A DNA stretch of 64,000 nt, from contig JABTUZ010000002.1 of assembly GCA_015075105.1 (NCBI GenBank), positions 784,313 to 848,312 on the forward strand. The letters run 5' to 3'. This document shows, in pieces, positions 39,772 to 50,319 of this stretch (position 1 is the first letter of the stretch; each line of letters begins with the position of its first letter). The translations under genes were made by a program, and so were the position numbers. Source of the stretch: Leptospiraceae bacterium (lineage in GTDB: Bacteria; Spirochaetota; Leptospiria; Leptospirales; Leptospiraceae). The notes beneath the pieces were generated by a model, which saw only the letters and a program-made list of their open reading frames with translations, did no database searches and was not told the DNA's origin.

Positions 39772-41846
39772 TTTGGAAACAAAATTCTGCCTTCACTAAA
39801 TCTTGTCCTAATTTCATATTTTTCTAAATCGCTGATCTTCCCAGATTTCTCTGCATCTTCTCTTGCCTCAATCGCAATAGATTCATCTTTTTGTAAGTCT
39901 GCAATTTTAAAATCGGGAAGCCCACTCTGACGAAGCCCTAGTAATTCCCCCGGCCCACGTATTTTTAAATCTGTTTCTGCAAGAGAAAACCCGTCCTCTG
40001 TAGAAACTATTGCATCCAATCTCATGTTAGCGTCTTCACTAACCTTATTTGGAGTGATCAATATACAAAAACTTTCCTTATCTCCCCTTCCCACTCTCCC
40101 TCTAAGCTGGTGAAGCTGTGAAATTCCAAACCGGTCTGCATTTTCGACTATAAGCATTGTTGCATTTGGAATATCTATACCTACTTCTATTACTGTTGTT
40201 GTTACTAAAATATGGATTTCATTTTTTTTAAACTTCTCCATGACTAAGTTTTTCTCTTCAGATTTCATTTTTCCGTGAAGTAGTCCTACAGAATATTCTT
40301 TGAAAATAGTTTTGCGTAGCTCTTCATAAGCGTCGATGCAAGACTGTAGGTCTAATTTTTCTGATTCTTCTATTAAAGGATAAACGATAAAGCACTGTCT
40401 TTTCTCGTTTAAATATTTTTTTATAGAATTGTAAACTGAGGCTCTTTTTTCTTCCCGAACCCATTTAGTTGTAATTGGTTTTCTACCGATTGGTTTATTT
40501 TTAATTAAAACTAATTTTAAGTCCCCGTAAATTGTAAGAGTTAGAGATCTCGGAATTGGAGTCGCAGTCATTGCTATGATGTCGGGATTTTTTCCTTTTG
40601 CTCGAATAGATTCTCTTTGCTCTACTCCAAACTTATGTTGCTCATCAATTATGACTAAGCCAAGGTCTTTAAACTCTACATCGTCTTGAAAAAGTGTATG
40701 AGTTCCAACAACCATAGAAATCCCACCGGTTTTTAAATCGTGCAATTTTTCTTTTCTTGTTTTTTCTTTTTCTTTACCTACCAATAACTCAATTCCCAAA
40801 AATGGAAAGTTACCGAGTAAGTTCAAAATAGATAGGTAGTGTTGCCTCGCTAAAATCTCAGTAGGTGCAACAAAACATACTTGAATAGAATTTTCAATAT
40901 AGTGTAGGGCAATTAAAAGTGCAGTGATAGTTTTTCCTGAGCCTACATCTCCTTGGAGTAAAACAGCCATAGGCTTTTCTACTTTTGCAAGGTCTAAGAT
41001 TTGACTGACTGCACCTTCTTGGTCTTCTGTTAATTTGAAAGGTAGATTTCTTTTTAGCTTATCTGCTGTAGATGAGTTTGGAAGAGGCCATAAAATTCTT
41101 TTTATTTCATTTCTTTTTTCTTGTTTAAATAACATAAGCAAGTGAAAAAAATAAAACTCTTCGTAAATAAACCTTCTTCTTGCTTCCTGCAAAGACTCAT
41201 CACTTGAAGGAAAATGGATTTCAGTAAAAGATTTTTTTCTGTCATACATTTTTCTTTTCTTTAAAATCTCTTTTGGCAGAATTTCTTCTACAGAAATAGA
41301 ACTACTCTCCATAAAAATAATTACTTGCTTGATTAGTCTTCTAAACCCTCTGGAGTCTAATCCATCGGATTTCAGAGTTTCTGTGGAATGATAAAGTGGA
41401 ATAATTCTTCCTGAATGAAGTAAGTCCTCAGGGTCATCAGAAGAAACTATTTCAATTTCAGGGTGAACGATTTGTAAACCTCTAAAATAGTCGAGCTTTC
41501 CTGATACTGCTACAACCATTCCTTCTTTGAATAAATTTTTGTAATAGGGGAGACCTTTGAAAAATATCAGTGAAATTCTTTCGTTTCTGGAAGTTACAAC
41601 ACCTACAACAAGTCTGGATTTTTTCCCGTGTGCAAGATAGAAATCTTGTACGGTTACAAGTAGTGTTACGTTAGTTGCCGTCGTAAGCACTACAGAAGAA
41701 GTTAAGTTTCTGTCAAGATAACGTCTTGGAAAATAATAGAGTAGATCAGAAAAATTTTCTATATTTATAGACTTTAGCGATTCTTTTTTTTTGGGACCCA
41801 CACCTTTCAACAACTCAACAGAATCTGTTAAAGAAAATTCTTTCAT
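39768..41846 (-). CDS. recG: ATP-dependent DNA helicase RecG
   Basis: Wedge/OB N-domain, 'GDVGSGKT', 'IIDEQHKFG', 'MTATPIPR', 'QLHQLRGRVGRG'. Confidence 0.93.
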   Translation of the reverse strand: MKEFSLTDSVELLKGVGPKKKESLKSINIENFSDLLYYFPRRYLDRNLTSSVVLTTATNVTLLVTVQDFYLAHGKKSRLVVGVVTSRNERISLIFFKGLPYYKNLFKEGMVVAVSGKLDYFRGLQIVHPEIEIVSSDDPEDLLHSGRIIPLYHSTETLKSDGLDSRGFRRLIKQVIIFMESSSISVEEILPKEILKKRKMYDRKKSFTEIHFPSSDESLQEARRRFIYEEFYFFHLLMLFKQEKRNEIKRILWPLPNSSTADKLKRNLPFKLTEDQEGAVSQILDLAKVEKPMAVLLQGDVGSGKTITALLIALHYIENSIQVCFVAPTEILARQHYLSILNLLGNFPFLGIELLVGKEKEKTRKEKLHDLKTGGISMVVGTHTLFQDDVEFKDLGLVIIDEQHKFGVEQRESIRAKGKNPDIIAMTATPIPRSLTLTIYGDLKLVLIKNKPIGRKPITTKWVREEKRASVYNSIKKYLNEKRQCFIVYPLIEESEKLDLQSCIDAYEELRKTIFKEYSVGLLHGKMKSEEKNLVMEKFKKNEIHILVTTTVIEVGIDIPNATMLIVENADRFGISQLHQLRGRVGRGDKESFCILITPNKVSEDANMRLDAIVSTEDGFSLAETDLKIRGPGELLGLRQSGLPDFKIADLQKDESIAIEAREDAEKSGKISDLEKYEIRTRFSEGRILFPN

Positions 41847-42214
41847 TAGAAATCTAAATTTTCCTCATGTGTTTCTGAATTTTCTTCTTCAAATAAACCA
41901 AGGTAGCAATACCTACATCCATAAATATGAACTTGTTTTTTTCCGTTGGATTGAATTTCTTTACTCATGGCTGCATACAAAAATTCTGTTTTCTTTAGAG
42001 CCTTACCGCAACAAGGACAAATTCTTGGGCGTTGGACTTCCGGGTTCCAGTTCTTGCCATATACATGTCTTGGGTCTATTCCATCAAAGTCTTCTTCTTT
42101 TTTTTCTCTAATCTTTTGTATTTTGTCAAGTTTAGATTTTTCATAAGTAGAAAGCAAATACAAGAAAAGTCCACCTGTTCCTACGATTGCACAAAGTGTT
42201 AGAAATGTTACCAT
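41846..42214 (-). CDS. single-pass membrane protein with cytoplasmic CxxC...CxxC zinc ribbon
   Basis: 122 aa; N-terminal TM 'FLTLCAIVGTGGLFLYLL'; 'CPCCGK...CRYC'; 1-nt overlap with the recG start. Confidence 0.45.
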   Translation of the reverse strand: MVTFLTLCAIVGTGGLFLYLLSTYEKSKLDKIQKIREKKEEDFDGIDPRHVYGKNWNPEVQRPRICPCCGKALKKTEFLYAAMSKEIQSNGKKQVHIYGCRYCYLGLFEEENSETHEENLDF

Positions 42215-42215
42215 T

Positions 42216-42893
42216 TTATGTGTTTAAGTAGGAGCTAATTTTTTTTGCCATAGATTCAGGAACTTTAAAACCTTCGTCTTGCAATCTTTCTACATATTTT
42301 TTGAAAGAGTAAGAATGTTGAGAAGAGTGGATTAGACCGTAAAAACAATCGGCAAGAGAAGTTTCAATCGAAATGCAAAGCTCTTCATTTGCACTTAAGC
42401 GATTTTCGTATTTACGTAAAAGTTTTCTATTCACACTTCTGCAAATAGATCTATAAAAACCAAATTTTACTAAATGAATCGAGTTTTGGTTTCCAGTCTC
42501 TAAATCATAGTCCAATTGATTTAAGTTTATACAATCTACGATTTGAACAGGATAAGAGTGGCTTGTATATTCATAGACTAATGTATTAATAAGTAGATTT
42601 TTATACAAATTTAACCGCGAACAATTTTCAGGGTCGCACTCTCCGAGACGGTTGTTGTCGCACCTCATATAGATCACAACATCTGTGTCAGAGTGCTCTC
42701 TTGCTTGTCCGAAATTTACAGATCCCATCAAATCAAACGCTACCTCGTCTCCCGATTTACTGATCATTTCTGAAAATTTTTTAAAATCCCTTGTCCTTTG
42801 TCTGGACACAGTTGTTTCGTGAGACCTGAAAAATCGCTTCAGCCCATTGAATTCTTTTATAATCGGGTGGTTTCTGAATCTTTTTAGTCCCAT
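42216..42893 (-). CDS. pol-beta-superfamily nucleotidyltransferase-domain protein
   Basis: 'LMGSVNFGQAREHSDTDVVIY' fits hG[GS]-x10-DxD; a later 'VQIVDCI' is a candidate third acidic residue. Confidence 0.55.
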   Translation of the reverse strand: MGLKRFRNHPIIKEFNGLKRFFRSHETTVSRQRTRDFKKFSEMISKSGDEVAFDLMGSVNFGQAREHSDTDVVIYMRCDNNRLGECDPENCSRLNLYKNLLINTLVYEYTSHSYPVQIVDCINLNQLDYDLETGNQNSIHLVKFGFYRSICRSVNRKLLRKYENRLSANEELCISIETSLADCFYGLIHSSQHSYSFKKYVERLQDEGFKVPESMAKKISSYLNT

Positions 42894-43894
42894 TATTTCC
42901 TTATAAAATTTTCCGGTGGTACTTCCGAATTTTCCATAACAAAAGCTGCCTTTAGCTCATCACCTGTGCAATCTACTTCAATCAAAGTTACCGCTTTATT
43001 TGACACTAAACGATTTAGTTTTATACTCTGAACTTGGCGATTTTCTAAAATAATTTCAGAAAAAAATCCACCTTCTTGGTATCCGTAGATCGAATCTACC
43101 CCCCCGAAATTAGAAGGATTCAAAAAAATAGACTTATTCTTTTTCAAAACCCCTTGGTCTTCGTGGACATGCCCGGATAAAACCAATAAAGGGGAATGCT
43201 CGTCTAAATATCTGCGAATTCCTTGTGATCCGATATGACCAAATCCTGGGATAGTATCTAAATATCCGTAAGCCGGGTTGTGTATCACCACTACATCGGG
43301 CAATTCTTCCATAAAAAATTCTTCAGGCTCGCTATAATTTGACCCATTTCTATTGTATTCATGAAACTTAACCGCTAGTTTTTCCGGTATTCCTGATGTT
43401 GTAATCGGTGCTCCTCCGTAACCGGCGAATTTTATATCTTCAAATTCAAAAGTTTTTCTGTGCAGGTCTCTTTCAAATAGAGCCGTATATTGTAAGTCTA
43501 TGTCGTAATTCCCAGGCAAAAGCCAAGTAGGAGACTTGGCGTATTTGTTTAGGAGTTTTTCTATGATTTCATATTTCTCTTTCATAGTCTTTGCAGCAAG
43601 ATTAAAAAGAACTCTGTACTCTACAGATTTATTATAAACTTTTTCAGAATATTTTTCCGGAAAGCGAATCACCCTTGTAGCAAAATCATAAGCAGTAAGA
43701 TCAGACTGAGTTTCTTTTAGAATTATAGAAAGCTCTTCCTGGGATGAGCAAAACTCTATAATTTTTTCGGGATTAAAAAAAGCTTTATAAATAATATCCC
43801 CGGAAAGTAAATATAGATCGGGAGATGTTTCTAATAGAATTTGTTTTAAATTCTGAAGTCCATCGTGTATATCTGTGATATATACGATTTTCAT
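42893..43894 (-). CDS. calcineurin-like metallophosphoesterase
   Basis: 'YITDIHDG', 'LSGDI', 'LPGNYD', 'VIHNP', 'SGHVHED'. Confidence 0.8.
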   Translation of the reverse strand: MKIVYITDIHDGLQNLKQILLETSPDLYLLSGDIIYKAFFNPEKIIEFCSSQEELSIILKETQSDLTAYDFATRVIRFPEKYSEKVYNKSVEYRVLFNLAAKTMKEKYEIIEKLLNKYAKSPTWLLPGNYDIDLQYTALFERDLHRKTFEFEDIKFAGYGGAPITTSGIPEKLAVKFHEYNRNGSNYSEPEEFFMEELPDVVVIHNPAYGYLDTIPGFGHIGSQGIRRYLDEHSPLLVLSGHVHEDQGVLKKNKSIFLNPSNFGGVDSIYGYQEGGFFSEIILENRQVQSIKLNRLVSNKAVTLIEVDCTGDELKAAFVMENSEVPPENFIRK

Positions 43895-43900
43895 AATCGC

Positions 43901-44599
43901 TTAACGCCTCCAAAGCAATTTTAAAGAATCGCTTCCCTCGTCAATTTCATCCAATCGGATAAACTCAGGACCAAAAAAATCCAATAGCGCTCTAAGAATT
44001 GTGCTGGAACGAACATAGAAAAAAATTTCTCCCTTATAGGGATATATTCTGGAAATAGAAATTTTTCCTGCAATAGATGGAATTTTTTCTAAAAAATAAT
44101 TAATATTGAATTTGATCTCATTGTTTAGCCTTGTAGAAGATAGAACCTCAGGAATCACTTCCACAATAGATTCCAATATCATTCTACGATGGAAAAAATC
44201 AAATCTGGAAAGAAGTCTGATCAAATCAAATTTTTTCTTTTTATGATTTTCAAGACGAAAACTTACTACTTTAAATCGAATGATATTATTTTTTACCCAA
44301 ACAGGATCTAAAATAGCATAAAAATTCAGGGCAGATACCCTCCAAAGTCTGGCAAGCGGGTAATGAAGTACGCTATAGTATCCTTCTAAATTCAATTTTC
44401 CATTTTCAGAATCGAATGTGAGCTTTTTTAAATTATCTGTCTTTTCTACAACTTCGGTTTGAATTACTTTATTCAGAGAGTTCAGATTAAGAGTGACCCT
44501 ATAGTTATCTTTTTCTAAGTGGTGGGTTGGGATTTTTTTTAAAAATAAATCAAAAGGATTTATACTGAAAAAATCTGGTAATTTTTCAGGGAAAAGCAT
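43901..44599 (-). CDS. hypothetical protein
   Basis: 232-aa ORF, first gene of the cassette after yebC; no family recognised. Confidence 0.45.
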   Translation of the reverse strand: MLFPEKLPDFFSINPFDLFLKKIPTHHLEKDNYRVTLNLNSLNKVIQTEVVEKTDNLKKLTFDSENGKLNLEGYYSVLHYPLARLWRVSALNFYAILDPVWVKNNIIRFKVVSFRLENHKKKKFDLIRLLSRFDFFHRRMILESIVEVIPEVLSSTRLNNEIKFNINYFLEKIPSIAGKISISRIYPYKGEIFFYVRSSTILRALLDFFGPEFIRLDEIDEGSDSLKLLWRR

Positions 44600-44610
44600 G
44601 GCGAAAAAAA

Positions 44611-45357
44611 TTACATTTCCTTTGCCAGATCCGGGTGAAGATCAAAATTAGAATGTACCCCTTGAACGTCATCTTGGGTTTCAAAGGACTCTATGATTTT
44701 CATAACCTTTTCTGCGTTGATCTTATCTGATACTTCTACGGTCACACTTGGAATATATCGAATTTCAGATTCCTCTACCTGTATTCCGGCAGTGTTGATT
44801 GCAATTTGTACTTTTTCATAACTCTCAGGTGTAGTAGTTACCTGAAAATGATCCTCTACCAACACTACATCGTCAGCGCCTGCTTCTACTGCGAGATCTA
44901 CAAGAGTGTCTTCTTTTGTAGAGTTACTTGGAATGCTTATAAACCCTTTTCTTTCAAATAGCCTACTTACACTTCCCGGATTTCCTAGTGAGCCACCTGA
45001 TTTTGTTAAAATATTTTTGATTTCGGGGGTTGTTCTGGACTTTTTATCGGTTAATACCTCTACCATAATTGCGATCCCTCCCGGTGCATAGCACTCATAG
45101 ACACATTCTTCGTACACAACGCCTTCCAACTCTCCAGCACCTTTTTTGATTGCTCTCTCAATATTGTCTTTTGGCATATTTTGAGATTTTGCTTTTAGAA
45201 TAGCAAGCCTTAATCTTGGATTTGAATCCGGGTCAGAGCCACCCATTTTTGCGGCTACTGAAAGCTCTTTTGCAAATCTTGTAAAAATTGCCCCTCTTTT
45301 GGAATCAATTGCTTCTTTTTTTCTTTTAATAGTTGCCCATTTGGAATGTCCTGACAC
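44611..45357 (-). CDS. yebC: YebC/PmpR-family transcriptional regulator
   Basis: '[22 protein letters not shown]'. Confidence 0.93.
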   Translation of the reverse strand: MSGHSKWATIKRKKEAIDSKRGAIFTRFAKELSVAAKMGGSDPDSNPRLRLAILKAKSQNMPKDNIERAIKKGAGELEGVVYEECVYECYAPGGIAIMVEVLTDKKSRTTPEIKNILTKSGGSLGNPGSVSRLFERKGFISIPSNSTKEDTLVDLAVEAGADDVVLVEDHFQVTTTPESYEKVQIAINTAGIQVEESEIRYIPSVTVEVSDKINAEKVMKIIESFETQDDVQGVHSNFDLHPDLAKEM

Positions 45358-45589
45358 TTTAAATTCTCCCGTAGTGAAATACTTTTTCCTTAAAATCCTT
45401 GTTTTCGCAAGAATTTTTCAAATTACAATCTATAATTATTCTGGAATATGTCTAAAAAACTAAAAAAAATACGAAAATACGAAATAAAAAAATTTAAAAA
45501 ATACTATTTAGCTTGAAGAAAAAAAAACAACGGCATAAATGTGGTCTTTACGTGCAATGTATTGCAAAAAAGTAGTCAAGGAGAACAAA

Positions 45590-46075
45590 ATGAAAAAGTA
45601 TTTGGTAATAGCTATTATGGGAATTTCCCTAATATTAACGATTCCTGTATTTGCTGATGATGCAGATGCGGTTATTGGAAAGTGGAGCACAGAAGGTGCA
45701 GAGGCAACTGTAGAAATGTATAAGTGTGGTAGTGCTTACTGTGGAAAAATAATCGGGCTAAAAGCTCCTAATTATACCGCAGACTCTGAAGCTGTAAAAA
45801 ACGGTAAAGCAAAAGCAGGCGAGCCTAAAAGAGATACAGAAAATCCTGATCCTTCTCAGCACTCTAAGCCGATTATCGGGATGAATCTTGCAAAAAACTT
45901 CAAGTGGAATGCAGATGATAAAGAATGGCAAGGTGGAGAAATATACAAAGCAAGTAACGGAAAAACCTATGCAGGTTACATGAAACTTGAAAGCCCAACC
46001 AGACTACTCGTAAAAGGTCACTTAAAGATTAGCAAATGGATTGGAGCAAAACAATACTGGACAAAGGTAAATTAA
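45590..46075 (+). CDS. secreted DUF2147-domain protein
   Basis: AAGGAG 7 nt before ATG 45590; signal peptide; 'GKWSTE...VEMYKCGSAYCGKI'. Confidence 0.65.
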   Translation: MKKYLVIAIMGISLILTIPVFADDADAVIGKWSTEGAEATVEMYKCGSAYCGKIIGLKAPNYTADSEAVKNGKAKAGEPKRDTENPDPSQHSKPIIGMNLAKNFKWNADDKEWQGGEIYKASNGKTYAGYMKLESPTRLLVKGHLKISKWIGAKQYWTKVN

Positions 46076-46090
46076 TTTCCCTAAGTACAA

Positions 46091-46118
46091 AAAAAGCCGG
46101 TATATTTCCGGCTTTTTT
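46091..46118 (+). terminator. rho-independent terminator
   Basis: AAAAAGCCGG-tatattt-CCGGCTTTTTT, 15 nt after the stop codon. Confidence 0.8.
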
Positions 46119-46160
46119 CACCCTATCTGAATATTTCAAAAATAAACCACTGAAACGAAA

Positions 46161-46267
46161 CTATTTACGAGGACTTCAAAAATTAAATCCCTTAGAGCTT
46201 TTTCGATAGTGTCATTCACTATCAATACAAAACCCGTTTTATGGTTTTTGCAGTAGTGTCATAAAAA
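46161..46267 (-). repeat. dispersed TIR element, copy C (reverse orientation)
   Basis: Reverse complement reads TTTTATGACACTACTGCAAAAACC...GGGTTTTGTATTGATAGTGAATGACAC...ATTTTTGAAGTCCTCGTAAATAG; the first ~55 nt closely match copy A. Confidence 0.65.
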
Positions 46268-46377
46268 TTCATTTTTTAAATAAGCGTGTCCAAAACTTTA
46301 GTAAAATTATCATCGTAAGAAGAGTGAAACTATATTTTCAAATTTTGTGGGAGTTGGGAGTATCCTAATTTATAACA

Positions 46378-47958
46378 ATGAGCCTAAGTATTCAAGAAGA
46401 AACTAATAGAAGAAGAACCTTTGCAATTATTGCTCACCCTGACGCAGGAAAAACAACTCTAACAGAAAAGTTACTTCTTTATGGAGGAGCAATTCAGTTA
46501 GCCGGCGCAGTGAAGGCACGCAAAGACAGAAAATCGGCTACATCTGACTGGATGGCTATGGAAAAAGAAAGAGGGATTTCCATTACATCAGCCGCGCTTC
46601 AATTTGAATATAAAGGCTATGTTTTGAATCTCTTAGATACTCCCGGACACGAAGATTTTTCAGAAGATACCTACAGAACTCTTATGGCAGCAGATACGGC
46701 GGTTATGGTAATCGATGCTGCAAAGGGAGTCGAGCCGCAGACAAGAAAACTTTTCAAGGTTTGTAGAGACAGGGGAATCCCAATTATTACTTTTATAAAC
46801 AAGATGGACAGACCTACCAAAAATTTATTTTCTCTTTTAGATGAAATCGAAGAAGTATTAGGAATCACAGCAGTTCCTTTTGTTTGGCCGGTTGGAACAG
46901 GTGTTGATTTTAAAGGAGTGTTTGACCGATCATTAAAAACTATTCACTTATTCGAGAAAACTTCCGGTGGAATACAAAAAGCACCCGTTCAAGTTTCCGG
47001 GATAAACGACACTCATCTTGAAAGTCAAATAGACCCTGATATTTTAAAGCAATGCAGAGATGAAATTGATCTTGTTGAGAACGGGATCGAAGCGTTTGAG
47101 ATGAAAAATTTTCTTAATGGAAAAATCTCACCTGTATTTTTTGGCTCTGCGGTAAATAACTTTGGGATCGAAATTTTCCTGAATCATTTTTTAAACTTAG
47201 CGCCATCACCATACCATATTCCTTTAATAGACGGCTCCTTCTTAGACCCTGCGAATTCTTCTTTTAGCGGTTTCATTTTCAAGGTTCAAGCAAATATGAA
47301 TCGTGCACATAGAGATAGAATTGCATTTGTTAGAATTTGTTCCGGAAAATTTGAAAGAGGTCTTACTGTAAACCACGACAGATTGGAAAAACAAGTTAAG
47401 TTGTCTTCTTCTTTTGCATTTTTTGGACAAGACAGAAATACTATTGATGAAGCGTTCCCCGGTGATATAATAGGGCTAATCAATCCGGGAACATTCCGAA
47501 TAGGTGATGTATTATTTTCTGGAAAAAATCCGGGGCTTAGGCCACTTCCTGTATTTGCACCGGAGCTTTTTGCAACTATATCTTCTCCTGAAAGTGCTTC
47601 ACTAAAAGGTTTTAAAAAAGGTATAGAGCAATTATCGGAAGAGGGTATTTTGCACTCGTTTACTTCTCGTACTATTGGAGCCGGTAGTCCGATTATCGGC
47701 GCTCTCGGCAGGTTGCAATTTGAGGTGTTCCAAAGAAGATTACAAGATGAATACAATGTAAACACAAATATTACTATGTTGCCATATTCTTTTTCAAGAT
47801 GGATCCGACAAGATGAAATTCACCTTGTCCCAAAGTCTGCCAATCAAGTAACAGACAAAGAAGGAAGGACTGCGCTTTTGTTTGAATCGGAGTGGGATAT
47901 GAATTATTTTCAAAAGAATAATCCTGAGTTAAAATTATTGGATGCTCCTATAGAATAA
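46378..47958 (+). CDS. prfC: peptide chain release factor 3
   Basis: 'AIIAHPDAGKTTLTEKLL', 'DTPGHEDF', 'NKMD'. Confidence 0.93.
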   Translation: MSLSIQEETNRRRTFAIIAHPDAGKTTLTEKLLLYGGAIQLAGAVKARKDRKSATSDWMAMEKERGISITSAALQFEYKGYVLNLLDTPGHEDFSEDTYRTLMAADTAVMVIDAAKGVEPQTRKLFKVCRDRGIPIITFINKMDRPTKNLFSLLDEIEEVLGITAVPFVWPVGTGVDFKGVFDRSLKTIHLFEKTSGGIQKAPVQVSGINDTHLESQIDPDILKQCRDEIDLVENGIEAFEMKNFLNGKISPVFFGSAVNNFGIEIFLNHFLNLAPSPYHIPLIDGSFLDPANSSFSGFIFKVQANMNRAHRDRIAFVRICSGKFERGLTVNHDRLEKQVKLSSSFAFFGQDRNTIDEAFPGDIIGLINPGTFRIGDVLFSGKNPGLRPLPVFAPELFATISSPESASLKGFKKGIEQLSEEGILHSFTSRTIGAGSPIIGALGRLQFEVFQRRLQDEYNVNTNITMLPYSFSRWIRQDEIHLVPKSANQVTDKEGRTALLFESEWDMNYFQKNNPELKLLDAPIE

Positions 47959-47974
47959 AAATCATGAACTTATT

Positions 47975-48490
47975 TTAAAATGAATTCGTCGGCTCGTTTA
48001 GAATATAGTCCGGAGAAAGAATCCAGATAATTTGCCCTTTGATAAAATTTTCTTTTGCTATGTTCATAGCGACTGAAGTACCCGGGCTAAATGCAAAAGC
48101 TGGAAAACAAGAAGAAGAGCAGCTACCAGTACCGATTAATTTTGAACAGAAGTAACTAACGTCCGGGCTATGCCCTACAATAAGCACTGTATCGGAATTT
48201 GAAAAATGATTTAAGTCATTACAAATTTCCCCATAATCCTCTGAAGGGAGTAATTTATCACTTGGTTGGATTTGTGTAACCCCAAATTCATTTGCAAAAA
48301 TCTCTGCGGTCATTTCTGTTCTTTTGTATGGGCTATAAAAAATATAATTTATTTTTAAGGGAGTTTTCTTGATAAATTCAGCCATCTTTTTTATATCATG
48401 GACTCCTTTTTCAGTTAAAACTCTATCTTTATCGCGACCGGTTGGAGAATCTTTTTCTGCCTCTCCATGCCTTACAATGATCATCTTCAT
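47975..48490 (-). CDS. sixA: phosphohistidine phosphatase SixA
   Basis: 'MIIVRHGEAE' and 'LIVGHSP'; start trimmed to ATG 48490 (the ORF track extends to 48583). Confidence 0.75.
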   Translation of the reverse strand: MKMIIVRHGEAEKDSPTGRDKDRVLTEKGVHDIKKMAEFIKKTPLKINYIFYSPYKRTEMTAEIFANEFGVTQIQPSDKLLPSEDYGEICNDLNHFSNSDTVLIVGHSPDVSYFCSKLIGTGSCSSSCFPAFAFSPGTSVAMNIAKENFIKGQIIWILSPDYILNEPTNSF

Positions 48491-48574
48491 ACTATTTAGA
48501 CATGTTCTAAAAATTAAAAATTTTTTCACTATTAAAAATAGACTATTTTTATAAATTTGTAATAGGAACTGGAT

Positions 48575-49495
48575 ATGACTCAATTTGCAATAGAAACTAA
48601 AGATATTAAAAAAAATTATGAAAATGTAGCTGCTTTGAAAGGGATAGACCTAAAAATTCCACAAAGAGAAATTTTTGGGTTTTTAGGTCCGAATGGAGCC
48701 GGCAAAACTACTCTAATCAAATCTATTCTTGGTTTTACAAAACCCGACTTTGGAACTATTCGAATTTTTGGTGAAGAAATTTCAGTAAAACTAAAAAAAA
48801 GAATTGGTTATCTTCCAGAAAAAGTAAGCATTCATCCATTTCTATCTGCAATAGAATTTTTAAGGCTTTGTGGTAATTTGTATGAAATGGATCCTAAAAC
48901 AATTGAATCTCGTTCAAATACTATGTTGGAAAAAGTAGGGCTAAGCGATAAAAAAAATATAAAGGTTGGAACTTTTTCAAAAGGAATGATGCAAAGGCTT
49001 GGTTTTGCACAAGCACTTTTGCACGAACCGGAATTGCTTTTATTGGATGAGCCGGGCAGTGGTCTGGACCCGATTGGTATGAAAGAAATGAGAGAATTGA
49101 TTCAATCAGAAAAAATCGAAAGAAATGTAACTGTATTCATCAACACTCACAGGTTGTCTGAAATTGAAAAATTCTGTGATAGGGTGGCAATTCTCAATTT
49201 TGGAAAATTAGTAGCGAGTGGCTCTGTTACCGATTTGACAACAAATAAAAATCAAATCGAGCTTGTTTTGGAAGAAGAAAAGCCTTCCGTAGAAAATTAT
49301 TTAAAAGAAATATCAACAGAAATTACCATAGAGAAAAATTTTTATCGGTTTATTCCAAAGCCTGAATTAGAAATTATTTCAATTCCTAAGTCTATCGTAG
49401 AAAAAGGCGGGAATATTTTGAGATACGAAAAATTAAGCGAAAATTTAGAAGAAATATTTATTCGTTTAACAGGAGAGAAAAAAAATGCTGAATAA
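48575..49495 (+). CDS. ABC transporter ATP-binding protein
   Basis: Walker A 'GPNGAGKTT', signature 'FSKGMMQRL', Walker B 'LLLDEP'. Confidence 0.9.
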   Translation: MTQFAIETKDIKKNYENVAALKGIDLKIPQREIFGFLGPNGAGKTTLIKSILGFTKPDFGTIRIFGEEISVKLKKRIGYLPEKVSIHPFLSAIEFLRLCGNLYEMDPKTIESRSNTMLEKVGLSDKKNIKVGTFSKGMMQRLGFAQALLHEPELLLLDEPGSGLDPIGMKEMRELIQSEKIERNVTVFINTHRLSEIEKFCDRVAILNFGKLVASGSVTDLTTNKNQIELVLEEEKPSVENYLKEISTEITIEKNFYRFIPKPELEIISIPKSIVEKGGNILRYEKLSENLEEIFIRLTGEKKNAE

Positions 49496-50318
49496 TTTTT
49501 CGATTTCTATTAGAGGGATTTTTACGATCTCAGTTTTAACTCTTAAAGAAGCGCTTAGAAAAAAATTTGTATTAGTGATAATATTTACTTCAGGAATTTT
49601 TTTGCTATTGAATTTTCTTTGCGAACCTTCGTCGATAAAAGTAAACTCCAATGGAGAGGAAAAGAATGTTTCTTCTATCGGTTCTTACATAGTCTTTATA
49701 CTAATTTCTTTTTGGAGTATGGCGATTTCAGGACTAATGACTGCTGGTCTTATTTCTGATGAACTTGAAAACAAAAATTATATAATGGTTTTATCTAAGC
49801 CTGTATCTCGACTAACGTATCTTCTTGGAAAATTTTTCGGAGTATTTTTTTTAGTGTTGTGCAATGCAGTAATTTTTCTTATCATTCAAAATGTATTAAC
49901 TATTGCAAAGTCAGGGAAGTTTGAAATAAATCTCTGGCTAAGCCTATTCATAATGCTTTTAGATTTTGTGCTTTTGATTAGCATCGTGATGTTTCTTACA
50001 ATCCAAGTGAATAAAATTGCAGGAATATTTTTGTCTCTTGCACTCGTGGTCATTACTACACTTATCAATATCCCTATTTATGATTCATCCATTAGTCAAT
50101 CGCTTGAGCTTGCACCTACTAAAAAAGCAATCTTAGAAATTTTGTATTGGGTTTTACCTCAGTTTGGAACTGTTTTTTTCCAAGCCAGCACACACGTTGC
50201 AAAATCAGTTACTCAGACTCACTACCTTGGCTACTATTCCATGATTCAAGTGTCAGTTTGGATTTTCATTGTTTGGGTATTTCTATCAGTACTTTTTGAA
50301 AAGAAAGAATTAGATTAA
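49485..50318 (+). CDS. ABC-2-type permease
   Basis: 277 aa, ~6 TM helices; overlaps the ATPase gene by 11 nt. Confidence 0.6.
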   Translation: MLNNFSISIRGIFTISVLTLKEALRKKFVLVIIFTSGIFLLLNFLCEPSSIKVNSNGEEKNVSSIGSYIVFILISFWSMAISGLMTAGLISDELENKNYIMVLSKPVSRLTYLLGKFFGVFFLVLCNAVIFLIIQNVLTIAKSGKFEINLWLSLFIMLLDFVLLISIVMFLTIQVNKIAGIFLSLALVVITTLINIPIYDSSISQSLELAPTKKAILEILYWVLPQFGTVFFQASTHVAKSVTQTHYLGYYSMIQVSVWIFIVWVFLSVLFEKKELD

Positions 50319-50319
50319 G

